Origin: an uncultured bacterium
Lineage (GTDB): Bacteria; Verrucomicrobiota; Verrucomicrobiia; Limisphaerales; UBA8199
Direction: 5' to 3'
Assembly (NCBI GenBank): GCA_963749495.1
Contig: CAVVMW010000006.1
Coordinates: 1,152,001-1,216,000, forward strand
DNA: 64,000 nt
Shown here: positions 21,073 through 32,197 of the stretch, in pieces
How the letters are laid out: each line of letters opens with the position of its first letter
Numbering within the stretch: position 1 is the first letter of the stretch
Program-made: the position numbers and the translations under genes
Notes under the pieces: model-generated
Seen by the model: only the letters and a program-made list of their open reading frames with translations
What the model was told of the DNA's origin: nothing
The model's database searches: none

Positions 21073-21906
21073 CTACTGGATGAGCAGGTCCAGCAGGTAG
21101 CGCATCTCGGCATCGGCCTCGAAAGGGCTTTCGACCGTGCGGGCGACCTCTTGACGGAGCAACTCCCCGCAGCGGTGACGCAACCGGTGCACGGCTACTT
21201 TCACCGCTGCCGGGGTGAGACCGAGGGGAGCGGCGGCCCTGGCGTAGTCCTGGCCGCTGCCCTCGGTCGAGAGGAAGATCTTCAACTCTTCGAATCTGGC
21301 GCTCTGGCCTTGCCGTTCGAACTCGGAGCGCAGACTGGCAACGGCGCGGTCCAGCACCGCCAGCGCCCAATGACGGTCGAAAAGTTTCTCCGCAGTCAAA
21401 TCGCCGGCGCCGCCCGCGAGCAGGCAATCCTCCGCCGCGTCCGGCTCCAGGGGCAGCGGGATTCGCCCGCCGCCGCGTTTGGCCGCGCCGGCGCGTTTGG
21501 CCTCGTTAGCGATAAAATGCCGCAGGAGAACCAACAGGAACGAACGGAATTTGCCTTTTCGGGGATCGAGGTTCCGCAGGGCATCGCGGGCCAGCAGTTG
21601 GGCAAAGAAGCCCTGGGTCAAGTCCTGGGCGTCGTGGACCTCATACCCGCCGTGACGGACGAAGGCGTAAACCGGCTGCCAGTAGGTCTGGCAAAGCTTT
21701 TCCAGGGCTGCCATCCGGCGCGTGCTATCTTCGTGGTCCGCCTCCAGGATGACGCTCCAATGGGTCGTGTCGAACCATCCGTGCCGGGGGGATGCCGGGT
21801 CAGAGCCGGGGCGCTGAGGCAACACAGCCATGGCCCCTCTTGCCGGTTGGTTCGAACCGCAGGTGTCAGATTCGCTTTTCATGCGCAACGACTCGACTGC
21901 GCCCAC
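21073..21906 (-). CDS. ECF RNA polymerase sigma factor (PVC type; start uncertain)
   Basis: FDTTHWSVIL, YWQPVYAFVR, DAQDLTQGFF, KFRSFLL and AVKVAVHRLR motifs. Confidence 0.9.
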   Translation of the reverse strand: MGAVESLRMKSESDTCGSNQPARGAMAVLPQRPGSDPASPRHGWFDTTHWSVILEADHEDSTRRMAALEKLCQTYWQPVYAFVRHGGYEVHDAQDLTQGFFAQLLARDALRNLDPRKGKFRSFLLVLLRHFIANEAKRAGAAKRGGGRIPLPLEPDAAEDCLLAGGAGDLTAEKLFDRHWALAVLDRAVASLRSEFERQGQSARFEELKIFLSTEGSGQDYARAAAPLGLTPAAVKVAVHRLRHRCGELLRQEVARTVESPFEADAEMRYLLDLLIQ

Positions 21907-22034
21907 AGGTCCGCGCTCGTATCGGATGATAGCGATTCTCGCCGGCGCTGGCCAGCCAGTTCTTGCTGGATTTTCTGTAACCGCGATAAGGGTTTCTTGT
22001 TTCTCCTGTTGAACAGTGACACCCGGTCAAAGCC

Positions 22035-24182
22035 ATGCAAACCAAACCTTTATTCACTACGCTGGTCCTCCTGGCGTGGTCCAGCGCTCTCACCTTGGCC
22101 GACCCGCTGGGCACGGTCTTCACCTACCAAGGCCGCCTGATGGAAGCCGGCGCGCTGGCCAACGGCAGTTACGACTTGAGCCTCTTGCTCTTCGATGCGG
22201 GCACGAACGGCGCGCAAATCTACATGAGCCAGGAGTTCACCGGCCTGGCCGTCACCAACGGGCTGTTCACCCTCCCGCTGGACTTCGGACCGGTCGCCTT
22301 CACCGGCGGGGCGCGTTGGCTGGAAATCCGCGTACGCACCCACGGTTTCGTTGGCGACTACCGCATCCTGACGCCGCGCCAACTGCTGACGCCCGCGCCC
22401 TACGCCCTCTACGCGCCCAACGCCGGCCTGGCCTCGACCGCAACCACAGCGAACGTCGCCACCACGGCCAACAGCTTGGCTAACAACGCGGTATCGAGCG
22501 CGAGCATTGCCAACGGCCAGGTGGTCAGGTCCCTCAACGGACAGCACGATGACCTGACACTGGTGGCGGGCACGAACGTCACGCTGACGCCGGGCACACA
22601 GATACTTACGGTGTCCACGCCCACCGACTGGCACGTGGGCGGCAACAGCGGCACCAGCCCCGGCGCGAACTTCATCGGCACGACGGACAGCCAGCCGCTC
22701 GAGTTCAAAGTCAATAGCCAGCGGGCTCTGCGTTTGGAACCAGGCGGGTCCAACAGCGTGAACGTGGCCAGTGGTTGGAGTGGAAACACCATAGCAGCGG
22801 GCGCGGTCGGGGCCACCATTGCTGGTGGCGGAGCGGGCAACTACTATGGGGTGCCAATGCCCAACCGCGCGGACGCAGACTTGGCAACCATCGGTGGCGG
22901 AGGGAACAACACAATCGGAATCGGCGCCTGGTACGCCACCATCAGCGGCGGCTATGGGAACACCATCGCCACCAACTCGGCCGATGGCGTGATCGGTGGC
23001 GGCGCCTGGAACTCAATCACCGGCGCTAACGACAGGTGCACTATCGGCGGGGGCGGCGAGAATGAAATCTCGGGCAACGCTGAGCGCTCTACGATTGGCG
23101 GCGGCGAATACAATCGCATCGAAGGTGGATCCGGCATGCCTACCCCTTACAGCAGCACCATCGGTGGGGGGCGGTTCAATCAGATAACCTGCAGCGAACT
23201 GTGCGCCATTGGCGGCGGTTATCAAAACCACATTGAGACCAACGTATCGTGCGGCACCATCGGCGGCGGTTTTGTGAACCTGGCCACTAACGCGTACGCC
23301 ACGATTGGCGGCGGCTCCAACAACATTGCGGGCGGCATCGCCGCCACCGTCGGCGGCGGGCTGGGAAATGTCGCGATTGGCGACGCTTCGTTTGTGGGCG
23401 GCGGAGCCAGCAATTGGACTTATGACGTTTACGCCACGATCGGGGGCGGCCAGCAAAACTTCGCCAGCTACCCGTACGCCACGATCGGGGGTGGCTCTCA
23501 AAATGTCGCCAACAACTCCTACAGCACGGTCGGAGGTGGCAGCGATAACCGGGCTAGCGGCGCGTATGCGACCGTGCCCGGGGGTGTCGGGAACCGCGCG
23601 GATGGCCAGTGGAGCTTCGCCGCTGGGCATCGTGCCAAAACCACGAGCGCGGGTTGTTTTGTCTGGGGCGACTCGTCATCTCCAGACATCTGGGCCAATG
23701 GGAGTGATCAATTTGTCGCGCGAGCCACGGGCGGTTTTTGGTTCGTCACCGCCGTCGATGGCAACGGTGTGCCCACTTGCCAGGCGTATTTGGGACATTG
23801 CTCGCCATCCTGGACCATAACCAGTGATCGCAACCAAAAGGAAAACTTCAAACCTGTCGATCATCGCGCCGTGCTTGAAAAACTGGCCCGCATGCCTGTG
23901 ACCGAGTGGACGATGAAAGGCGAGAAGCCCGGCATCCGTCACATCGGCCCGGTCGCGCAGGACTTCCACGCGGCTTTCGGCCTGGGCGGAGATGACGACC
24001 GCCGGATCGTCTCGAGCGACGAAACCGGCGTGGCGCTGGCGGCCATCCAGGGCTTGAACCGGAAACTGGAGGATCAACTTAAACGGCAGGAGGCGGAAAA
24101 CGCCGAGTTGAGGCAACGTCTGACCCGGCTTGAGCAGTTGCTGGACGCGCTCGCCCAGCAGCCGAAAGGAGGCGACCAATGA
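22035..24182 (+). CDS. Secreted fibre-like protein: FTYQG N-domain, TIGGG repeats, C-terminal peptidase S74-type chaperone
   Basis: Signal peptide, LGTVFTYQGRL, ~14-aa xTIGGGxxN repeats, TSDRNQKENF...HIGPVAQDF, terminal coiled coil. Confidence 0.85.
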   Translation: MQTKPLFTTLVLLAWSSALTLADPLGTVFTYQGRLMEAGALANGSYDLSLLLFDAGTNGAQIYMSQEFTGLAVTNGLFTLPLDFGPVAFTGGARWLEIRVRTHGFVGDYRILTPRQLLTPAPYALYAPNAGLASTATTANVATTANSLANNAVSSASIANGQVVRSLNGQHDDLTLVAGTNVTLTPGTQILTVSTPTDWHVGGNSGTSPGANFIGTTDSQPLEFKVNSQRALRLEPGGSNSVNVASGWSGNTIAAGAVGATIAGGGAGNYYGVPMPNRADADLATIGGGGNNTIGIGAWYATISGGYGNTIATNSADGVIGGGAWNSITGANDRCTIGGGGENEISGNAERSTIGGGEYNRIEGGSGMPTPYSSTIGGGRFNQITCSELCAIGGGYQNHIETNVSCGTIGGGFVNLATNAYATIGGGSNNIAGGIAATVGGGLGNVAIGDASFVGGGASNWTYDVYATIGGGQQNFASYPYATIGGGSQNVANNSYSTVGGGSDNRASGAYATVPGGVGNRADGQWSFAAGHRAKTTSAGCFVWGDSSSPDIWANGSDQFVARATGGFWFVTAVDGNGVPTCQAYLGHCSPSWTITSDRNQKENFKPVDHRAVLEKLARMPVTEWTMKGEKPGIRHIGPVAQDFHAAFGLGGDDDRRIVSSDETGVALAAIQGLNRKLEDQLKRQEAENAELRQRLTRLEQLLDALAQQPKGGDQ

Positions 24183-26135
24183 GAAATCCGAAACAAGTCC
24201 GAAGTCCCAAACCAGAAGCGGGGTCTGTACGCGTTCCACGCAGCATATCTCACGCATCGCGCCTCACGTTGGGTTTGGCCGCGCTGCTGCTTGCCAGTCC
24301 ACTGCTCCTCCGTGGCCAAGATGATTTCCGCGTTGATTGGTGGACCGTGGCTGCCGGTGGAGGCATCAGTAGCGACGGCGAGTTCACCGTGGTCGGCACC
24401 GTCGGTCAAGCGGACACGGCCCTCTTGACCGACGGCACATTTACGCTCGAGAGCGGCTTTTGGTTCGGGCGGCTTGGCCACTGCGCCTGGCCAAACGAAC
24501 AGGACCTGGATCGGGCCGGCCAATGGGGATTGGTTCAACCCCGCCAACTGGAGCCCGGCAGGAGTGCCCAGCCCCTACGACACCATCGTTTTCAACGGTG
24601 GGACCATTACCTTGACATCGACTGTGACGATCCACGGCCAGTTCAACTGGTCTGGCGGAACCTTGACCGGTGGCGCGCTCACCGTCGCAAGTGATGGCGT
24701 GCTCAACCTGAGCGGCGGCGGCGTCAATTTGGCCGGCGCCCTGACCAACGCGGGTACCGTCAACTGGACCAGCGGCACTCTGGCGGTCTGCTGCGCGGGC
24801 CCGATCGTCAATCTGGCCGGCGCACTGTGGGACATCCAGTGCGACCAGACTCTCTGCCCGACGTGTTGCCTCTCACCGAGCTTTCAGTTTCAGAACGCGG
24901 GCACGGTGCGCAAGTCCGCCGGCAGCGGCACCACCTGCCTCCAGATCCCATTTTACAACGCCGGGACGGTCATCGCGCTCCAAGGCACACTGAGTTTTCA
25001 GAGCGGCGGCACCGTGGACGGGAGCTACAACGCCCTGGCCGGTGCAGCCATCAAGTTCATCAGCGGGGACTTTGTTGGCGGGGCGGCGCCCGTGCTCAAC
25101 GGGCCGGGGCCGATCCAGTTCACCGGCGGCACGCTAACGCTCTCCAGCAGCGTGATTGCCAATCTGCAGATGGTCGGCGGCACCTTGGTTTTGGGTCCCA
25201 ACTTCCAGGGAGGCACGATCACCAACCTGACGCTGAGCGGGGTCACGCTCAGCGGCACCAACACGGTCAGCGGCACACTCGACTGGCTGGCCGGCACGGT
25301 GAGCGGGCCGCTCACCGTGGCCCAGGGCGCGGTGCTGAACCTCGGCGGCACTTACGTGAGCTCGGGCAGCACGCTCACCAATGCCGGGACGGTCAACTGG
25401 ACCAGCGGCACTCTGGCGGTCTGCTGTGCGGGCCCGATCGTCAATCTGGCCGGCGCACTGTGGGACATCCAGTGCGACCAGACTCTCTGCCCGACGTGTT
25501 GCCTCTCACCGAGCTTTCAGTTTCAGAACGCGGGCACGGTGCGCAAGTCCGCCGGCAGCGGCACGACCTACCTCCAAATTCCATTTTACAACTCAGGGAC
25601 TTTGAGTCTGTTGAGCGGCTCAGTCAACTTCAACCAGGCCGACGCGTATGCGCAAACCGGTGCGACCTTGGACTTCGGGCTCTCCGGTGCCGGGCGCACC
25701 ACCCCGCTTCAGGTCATTGGCAATCTGAGCCTCAACGGCACGCTCTCCGCCAGCCTCCTGAACAACTATGCCCCGAAGCCCGGGGACACGATCCCGTTGA
25801 TCTCCTGCGGCGCGCTGACGAATTCATTCAACTGGCTGGACCTGCCCGTGGCGGGAAGCAACCTGGGCTGGCGCATCGTCTATGCAGCCAATGCGGTCTC
25901 GTTGCAGGTGGTTCCCATCGCCAATCTGGCTTTGCAGTGCGAACTTACTGGCGGCAACCTGGTGCTTTCCTGGCCGGCCGCGATCCAAGGCGTCTATCTT
26001 CAAACCACAGCGACTCTGTCCGAGCCGGGTTCCTGGACGACGGTCACCAATACCTCCATCGTAGTGAATGAGCAGGTGCAGGTCACCGCCCCCCGCCTGC
26101 CGGGCACGCATTTCTACCGGCTGCGCAAGCCGTGA
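24179..26135 (+). CDS. Secreted protein with DWWTVAAGGG N-domain, beta-helix-like repeats and FYRL C-terminus (frameshift near 24470)
   Basis: ATGA overlap with the previous gene; ORF 24179 (signal peptide...FTLESGFW) and ORF 24474..26135 join into one protein. Confidence 0.75.
24741..25592 (+). repeat. Intragenic ~219-bp direct repeat (24741-24959 and 25374-25592)
   Basis: Core of ~173 bp differs at one base. Confidence 0.95.
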
Positions 26136-26169
26136 ATCCCTTGCCGTCACCCCCCCAACCAGAAAGGTT

Positions 26170-28655
26170 ATGAAAACAAACCTCGACTCCGAATTCGCTT
26201 CGAACCGAAGCAATCCGCCGCCCGACCCCTCACCACGGTCCTCTCTCCATGAACCGTCGCCAAGCCCGCAGGTTTTGGACTGCGGCAGTTCTCTGCCGCT
26301 TTCGCGTCCCAATCTCTGGGTTCGAAAAAGCGGCAGAGGACTGCCGCAGTCCAAAACGCTGCGCGCGAGAGGGGCGCCCGTCCGGTTCATAGTCCATGCA
26401 CTCCTCAGTAATGGGCGATGGCTTCGGCTGACGGCAGCACTGCTGGCGCTGGGCGCCCTCGCCCAGGCCGGCCCCTCGGGACGACCTTCACCTATCAAGC
26501 CCGGCTCGCCAGCGGGGACCAGGCCGCCAGCGGCCTCTTCGATTTTTGCTTTTCGCTGTTTGATTCGGCCAGCGGCGGAGGCCTTCTTGGCGGGCCTCTG
26601 ACCAACCCTGCCGTGAGCGTCGCCGGCGGTCTGTTCACTACGACGCTCGACTTCGGCGCCGGCGCCTTCACCGGCGACGCTCGCTGGCTGGAAATCGCCG
26701 TCCGGACAAACGGCAGCGGCGCCTACCACACGCTGGCGCCGCGCCAACCGCTCACGCCCGCGCCCTACGCGCTCTGGACCCCGCGCGCTGGAAGCGTCGC
26801 TGACGGAGCCATCACCAGCGCCGCGTTGGCCGACCATGCGGTCACCGGCGTCAAAATTGCCGATGGCGCCATCCTCCCCTCGGCCTTGGGCCAGAACGGG
26901 GCGACCAACGGGCAGGTGCTCCAATGGTGCGCCGCCTCCAACGCCTGGGTGGCGGCCCAAATGGCCGCCGGCGCCACGCAGTTGCTGGGCTACAAGGAGA
27001 ACGGACCTTTCGCGGTCCCGCCGCTGGCTTCGGGCAACAATGCCGTTGCCCTGGGGGAACATGGCCAGGCCCTGGGAAACAACAGCGTGGTGGGCGGCGG
27101 GTTGGACAATCTTGCCAGCTCCTGGTTCACGACCGTCGGCGGGGGATGGAGCAATACCGCCGCGGGACTGCTGTTCGGGCGCACGACCATCGCCGGCGGC
27201 GAGATGAACTTGGCGGCGGGCGATTGGGCCACGGTGGGGGGTGGCCAGCTCAATACTGCGGGCGGGCCGCTATACGGGCGCGCCACGGTTGCAGGCGGCT
27301 GGCAGAACAGTGCCTTGGGCGATATGTCCGCCATTGGCGGCGGCTCCCAGAACCTGGCCGTGGCCGGCCATGGCGTCATCGGCGGCGGGCAGTCCAACGC
27401 GATCACGACCCTCCAAGCGCCCTGGTCCGCCATTGGGGGCGGCCACCTGAACCAGATCTCGGGCATGGCCGCCACAGTGGGCGGCGGCTTCCAAAACACC
27501 GCCAGCGGCGGCGGTGGAGTCGTGGGCGGCGGCGAGTCTAACACCGCCGGGGGATTGGACGCGACGGTGGGCGGCGGCCATACAAATACCGCCAGCGCCT
27601 CGTTCGCCACCGTTGCCGGCGGCGAACTCAATGCGGCGAGCAACAATCACAGCACCGTCGGCGGCGGCAACCAGAACAAGGCCAAAGGCGATGCCTCGAC
27701 CGTCGGCGGCGGCAACGTCAATGGCGCTTATGGGGATTTCGGTACGGTCGCTGGCGGCCAACAGAACAGCGCCGAGGGCACGGCGGCCACCGGGCCGGGG
27801 GGTTCCAATAACCGGGCCGTCGGGAACTACAGTTTGGCCGCCGGACAGTCCGCGCTTGCCTTCCACCAAGGTTCAATGGTGTTTGCGGATTCCCAGCCCG
27901 GCGTTTTCGCTTCCGAGATTGTCGATGAATTCTCCGTCCGCGCTTTCAACGGTGTGCGCCTGGAAACGGACGTGGGCGTTCATCTCGATGCGGCGAACCG
28001 GCCCCTGATCGTGCGGGACTATGACCCGTTTGCCAACGGCGTGCCGAACGGCAAGGCTGGCATTGGGCGCTGGGGCCTCTTCATGGAGCCCTACACGCTG
28101 GTCCTGGGCATCCCCAACACCGACGTCGGCGCCCGCTACATGGAGGTGGCCCGTTACAACCCCGACGGCACGCGGGAAAAGATTTTCGGCGTGGGCAACG
28201 ACGGCGTGACAGCAGTCAAAGTGCTCACCATCACCGGCGGCTCCGACCTGGCCGAGCCATTTGAGGTTTCGGACCCTGACCAGGCCCCCAAGGGCGCCGT
28301 GATGGTGATCGACGACCAGCATCCGGGCCGATTGCGACTGAGCACCCAACCGTACGACAAGCGCGTGGCTGGCGTCGTCAGCGGCGCCGGTGGCCTCAAT
28401 CCGGGCCTGACGCTCAGCCAGCAAGGGTTGACCGACAAAGGTCTGCCCGTGGCCTTGAGTGGGCGCGTCTTCACGCTGGCCGACGCTTCCCTCGGGCCCA
28501 TTCGCCCCGGGGATCAATTGACCACTTCCGCCACCCCCGGCCACGCCATGAAAGTGACCGATTATGCCAAGGCTCAGGGCGCCATCCTCGGCAAAGCCAT
28601 GACCGGGCTGGAGCACGGCCAGGGCGTGGTCCTGGTGCTGGTTTCGCTCCAATAG
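26170..28655 (+). CDS. Second FTYQ fibre-like protein with GGSDLAE-type C-terminal domain (frameshift near 26475)
   Basis: AAAGG RBS before ATG 26170; LLALGALAQAGP joins LGTTFTYQARL; TVGGG repeats; GGSDLAEPF...ILGKAM...VLVLVSLQ. Confidence 0.8.
26247..26391. repeat. Nested palindromic element (CCATGAACC...TTGGACTGCGGCAG...CTGCCGCAGTCCAA...GGTTCAT) within a CDS
   Basis: Related copies at ~28760-28899 and ~30870-31085. Confidence 0.8.
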
Positions 28656-28703
28656 CGGGCTCAACCCATGCGACATTCACACAGATTGCACGAGGACACG
28701 CCT

Positions 28704-29916
28704 ATGAACCCATCAGGCCTCATCGGGAGTCTCCACGGCCTTGAAATCGTGCGTGCGGGCCATGAACCGGACGGGCGTCGCCAGGCGCCAAGCGTTTTGG
28801 ACTGCGCCAGTCCTCTGGCGCTTTTTGAACCCTGGCGACGCGAAAGCGGCAGAGGACTGCCGCAGTCCAAAACCTCGCGGGCTTGGGGTCGGTTCATGGA
28901 AAGACCAGCAGGGCTAATCCTCGGACTCCTGGTCGCACTGAGTCCGGTGTCCCCAAGGGCGGCCGCGTTGACGGAGCAGGCAGTGCGGGCCGGGGTGGAG
29001 ACCTGGGTGCGGCAGGTGACGGCCGACGCGCGCGCGGACGCCGTTATCGAGCGCATGGAGGCCTATGCCGCCGATGGCCGGACCTTCGCCTATGTCGCGC
29101 AACTGGCCGGAGGCGGGTATTGCCTGTGCGGCGCAGACGACCTGCTGTTGCCCGTCTATCTCTACAGCCCGCAGGGCAGCTACGACCCCAACGATCCAAA
29201 CAACCAAACCATCCTGGGCGAGATCAGATCGAGATTGGATGCCTTGCGGAAGGGATTGGAGCAGAACGACCCGGCACTGAAGCCGTATGCCGACGAGCTA
29301 TCCCGAAGGTCGTCCTCGTGGCAGGATCTCATCAACGGCCGCCCGCCGTCAGCGGCCAACAAATACCCCAAGGGCGGTCCTCCCGAGCCCGTGAGCATAG
29401 TGCTGCCCCTGACCAGCCAATGGCACCAGGGCTCGCCTTACAACAACGATTGCCCCAATCTCACCCCCGGCCAGAACGAGCACACCCTGGCCGGCTGCAA
29501 CGCGACCGCGATGTCCCAGATGATGTACTATTGGAAGTGGCCACCGGCCGGCGCCGGCGCCGTTCCGACGCCCTTTCCGTTCAAATACCGCTTCACGACG
29601 ACATGGCTGGCAGAACCGTTGGCAACGGACCCGAGTGTCCCTATGGTACTCGCTGGACCAGGTTTTTCCGAAAAACCAGGACATGACGATTCAGATCGCG
29701 CCCCTGAACGTGGTGAAGTTCGTCGGGGCGGCTGTTTCGGGCCACGGTTCCCCGGCCGCTCCTTACCTGGGCATCGAGGAGGCCCTGGCCAATGCCTCGG
29801 ATGGCGCGACGCTGATCTTCAAGGCCGGCTCGGACAACACCTTCGCCGCGTCCGCGCTGACGATCGACCGGCCGCTGACCTTGAAAGCCATGGGGGCGAC
29901 CATCCGCAAGCAGTAG
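28704..29916 (+). pseudogene. C10 (streptopain-like) peptidase with an internal deletion near 29640
   Basis: Prodomain, WHQGSPYNNDCP and AGCNATAMSQMMYYWKWP present; no catalytic-His (GHA) region; jumps out of frame to a C-terminal domain (29635..29916). Confidence 0.7.
28760..28899. repeat. Nested palindromic element within the 5' end of the peptidase gene
   Basis: CCATGAACCG...TTGGACTGCGCCAG...CTGCCGCAGTCCAA...CGGTTCATGG. Confidence 0.8.
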
Positions 29917-29971
29917 CCCGCGGCGGCGATATGAGATTCCAACGATGGTCCAAGAGCCTTTGGCAAAACTA

Positions 29972-30046
29972 ACCGCAAAGAACGCAGAGATCACAAAGAA
30001 AGGCCTCGATTCCCTTGGCTTTTGCGTTCTTTGCGTTCTTTGCGGT
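29972..30046. repeat. Palindromic element ACCGCAAAGAACGCA...TGCGTTCTTTGCGGT
   Basis: Inverted arms visible directly. Confidence 0.75.
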
Positions 30047-30136
30047 GAGCAAGAATCGGAATTCCGGGACGGACCCGTTCGCTGTCAAAAGGCGCCTTTT
30101 AGGCTTGTTGCACGGCCGGTACTGAAGTACTCTAAA

Positions 30137-30364
30137 ATGATGAAACTCCTGGAGCGGATTACCGTGGAGCCCGGCAAATGCGGCGGACAGCCCTGCATCC
30201 GTGGCAAACGGATGCGCGTCACCGATGTTCTTGATCTCTTAAGCCATGGTGCGAGTCACGAGGAGATTTTGGCGGATTACTCCTTTCTTGAACCCGAAGA
30301 CATCCTGGCGGCCATCGCCTACGCTTCCCGCTTGACGGATCATGTCGTGCTCACGAGTGCGTGA
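30137..30364 (+). CDS. DUF433-family antitoxin
   Basis: RITVEPGKCGGQPCIRGKRMRV...EILADY..LEPEDI. Confidence 0.92.
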   Translation: MMKLLERITVEPGKCGGQPCIRGKRMRVTDVLDLLSHGASHEEILADYSFLEPEDILAAIAYASRLTDHVVLTSA

Positions 30365-30690
30365 ATTTCCTGGTGGACAACCAGCTCCCAGAAGCCCTAT
30401 GCCGCTTCTTGAACGGGCGCGGCCACCGATCCGACCATGTGCTTGGTCTGCGCCTCGAGGAAGCATCCGACATCGAAATCTGGAACCATGCCGCTAACGC
30501 CCACTGGATCGTCGTCAGCAAGGACGAGGATTTTCTCTATCTTGCGAACCGGCCGGGCGACACGGGAAAATTGCTTTGGGTGCGGATCGGCAACTGCCGG
30601 AAGCAAACATTGTTACAAGCCTTCGACAGGGAACTTCCAACGGTCATCCGGGCTTTTGATCAGGGCTTGCGGGTGGTGGAGATTCGGTAG
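30361..30690 (+). CDS. DUF5615 PIN-like toxin
   Basis: MNFLVDNQLP, ASDIEIW, VVSKDEDF and WVRIGN motifs; GTGA overlap with the antitoxin. Confidence 0.9.
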   Translation: MNFLVDNQLPEALCRFLNGRGHRSDHVLGLRLEEASDIEIWNHAANAHWIVVSKDEDFLYLANRPGDTGKLLWVRIGNCRKQTLLQAFDRELPTVIRAFDQGLRVVEIR

Positions 30691-30751
30691 TGCGCCGCTG
30701 AACCACGCTATGGGTTGTTCCCTTTTCCGGCCACCTTCCTGCTCTGCCTCG

Positions 30752-31243
30752 AGGCCCAACGGGCCGCCAGAATCTAGCCCAGGGCTGAGGCCGCCAGGCC
30801 GATGCCCTGGGTTTCGCCACGAACCCAGGCCCGGCGCCCTGAACGGGCGCCAGAGCCCTCTAGCGCCCTCTCCATGAACCTGAAAACACGCCCGTTGATT
30901 TGCAACGACTTACGCGTTTTGGGTTCATGGTCCCAATGCATGCGCAAAAGCGAAAGGAGGCTCTCCAGGAACCGACACACCTATTCCGAAGGTTTTGGAC
31001 TGCGGCAGTCCTCTGCCGCTTTCGCGTCGCCAGCGAGGGGACACAAAAGCGGTCCCGATCCATCGGGACCGCACTCCAAGACGCTTCGCGCGACGGGGAC
31101 GCACGGTCCAGGTTCGGGGGTTCCATGCGCGAAAATTGTTTGGGGAATTCTTTCAGGGCGCGCCTGATCCTCCGGGGCATTTCCCCCAGGGCATCGGCCT
31201 GGCGGCCTCCGCCCTGGGCTGGGCTCTGCCGGCCCTTTGGCCC
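30752..31243. repeat. Composite cluster of nested REP-like elements
   Basis: Inverted CCCAGGGC-family arms enclose CCATGAACC/GGTTCATGG and TTGGACTGCGGCAG units. Confidence 0.75.
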
Positions 31244-31765
31244 GGAGAAGCAGGTGTTGGCGTGGTGGTTGTGCCAACACGCACAGTGCGGCGGCCCCGG
31301 GAAAGCAAGCGGTTCGGGATGGGAAACGAATCCCGGGTGATGCAAGCCATGGGGCGGGTCAACAGCGGGGTGGACCTCGGACTGGAGCGGCGCAAGGAGG
31401 AGTTGGCACAAGCATACGGAGATTTTGCGCCGACAGAGATCTGAGCAGGAATCAGAATTCCGGGACCGACCCATCTTCGACCCATGTACAACCCCTTTAC
31501 AGTGACCGACAGTTTTAATCGCAGCCGTTTGAGGTTGACCCCTTCCCTGGGCCGAGTAAAATCCGGCAGACGGCTGAAGAAAATGAGTCCGAGTGGAAAC
31601 CGATTGGCGTTTAAGCGCACAGGGTCAATGACGGGATCGAGAAGAGGTGGGCAGGACCTGAGGGCCATTTGCCACGATGCTCCAAAAGGCAGACCCACAG
31701 GAAGCCATTGGTCCAAAGCGTTTGCGCCTCGGCTCCAACTGACCACTCCAAAAGGCTAATCACCA

Positions 31766-32053
31766 ATGAAGCCAAATCTAATCAAGCGGCTGCCGGAGAT
31801 CTGGGTTACCTCATCCCTCGATCCGGACAGCCAGGTATTCCAGAAAACAGTTCGACTGCGTGGCAAGGATGGCTGGGAAACAGACGGCACCTTTCAAATA
31901 GAGAAGCTCAATGGGAACGAAATGCTGCTCAGAGTCGAGTACAATTCGAGCCGCGTTCCGGGACGAGTGACGTTTGATGCGTTTAGGGTAAGCCAGGAGC
32001 AAATCGAGCTATGGGCGAAAGAACCGAACTCTTGTGTTCTGAACATTCCGTAA
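31766..32053 (+). CDS. Hypothetical protein (lower GC)
   Basis: 95-aa ATG ORF with natural composition; no family recognised. Confidence 0.5.
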   Translation: MKPNLIKRLPEIWVTSSLDPDSQVFQKTVRLRGKDGWETDGTFQIEKLNGNEMLLRVEYNSSRVPGRVTFDAFRVSQEQIELWAKEPNSCVLNIP

Positions 32054-32197
32054 ACGCGGGGCAAAGGTCGGGGGCATGCCCTGGGCTTGCGCCACACGCG
32101 CTCATTGGTCTAAACGGAACACGCCTCCTCTCCAGGCGACCGGTTAGCCGCCCAGCCCCCGGTCGCGGCCAGACCGCCAAATGGGCCGCACCCTCCC

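Noticed and set aside
22035..28655. Prophage tail-fibre region
   Set aside because: The proteins carry Sec signal peptides, and no capsid, terminase, tail or integrase genes are present.
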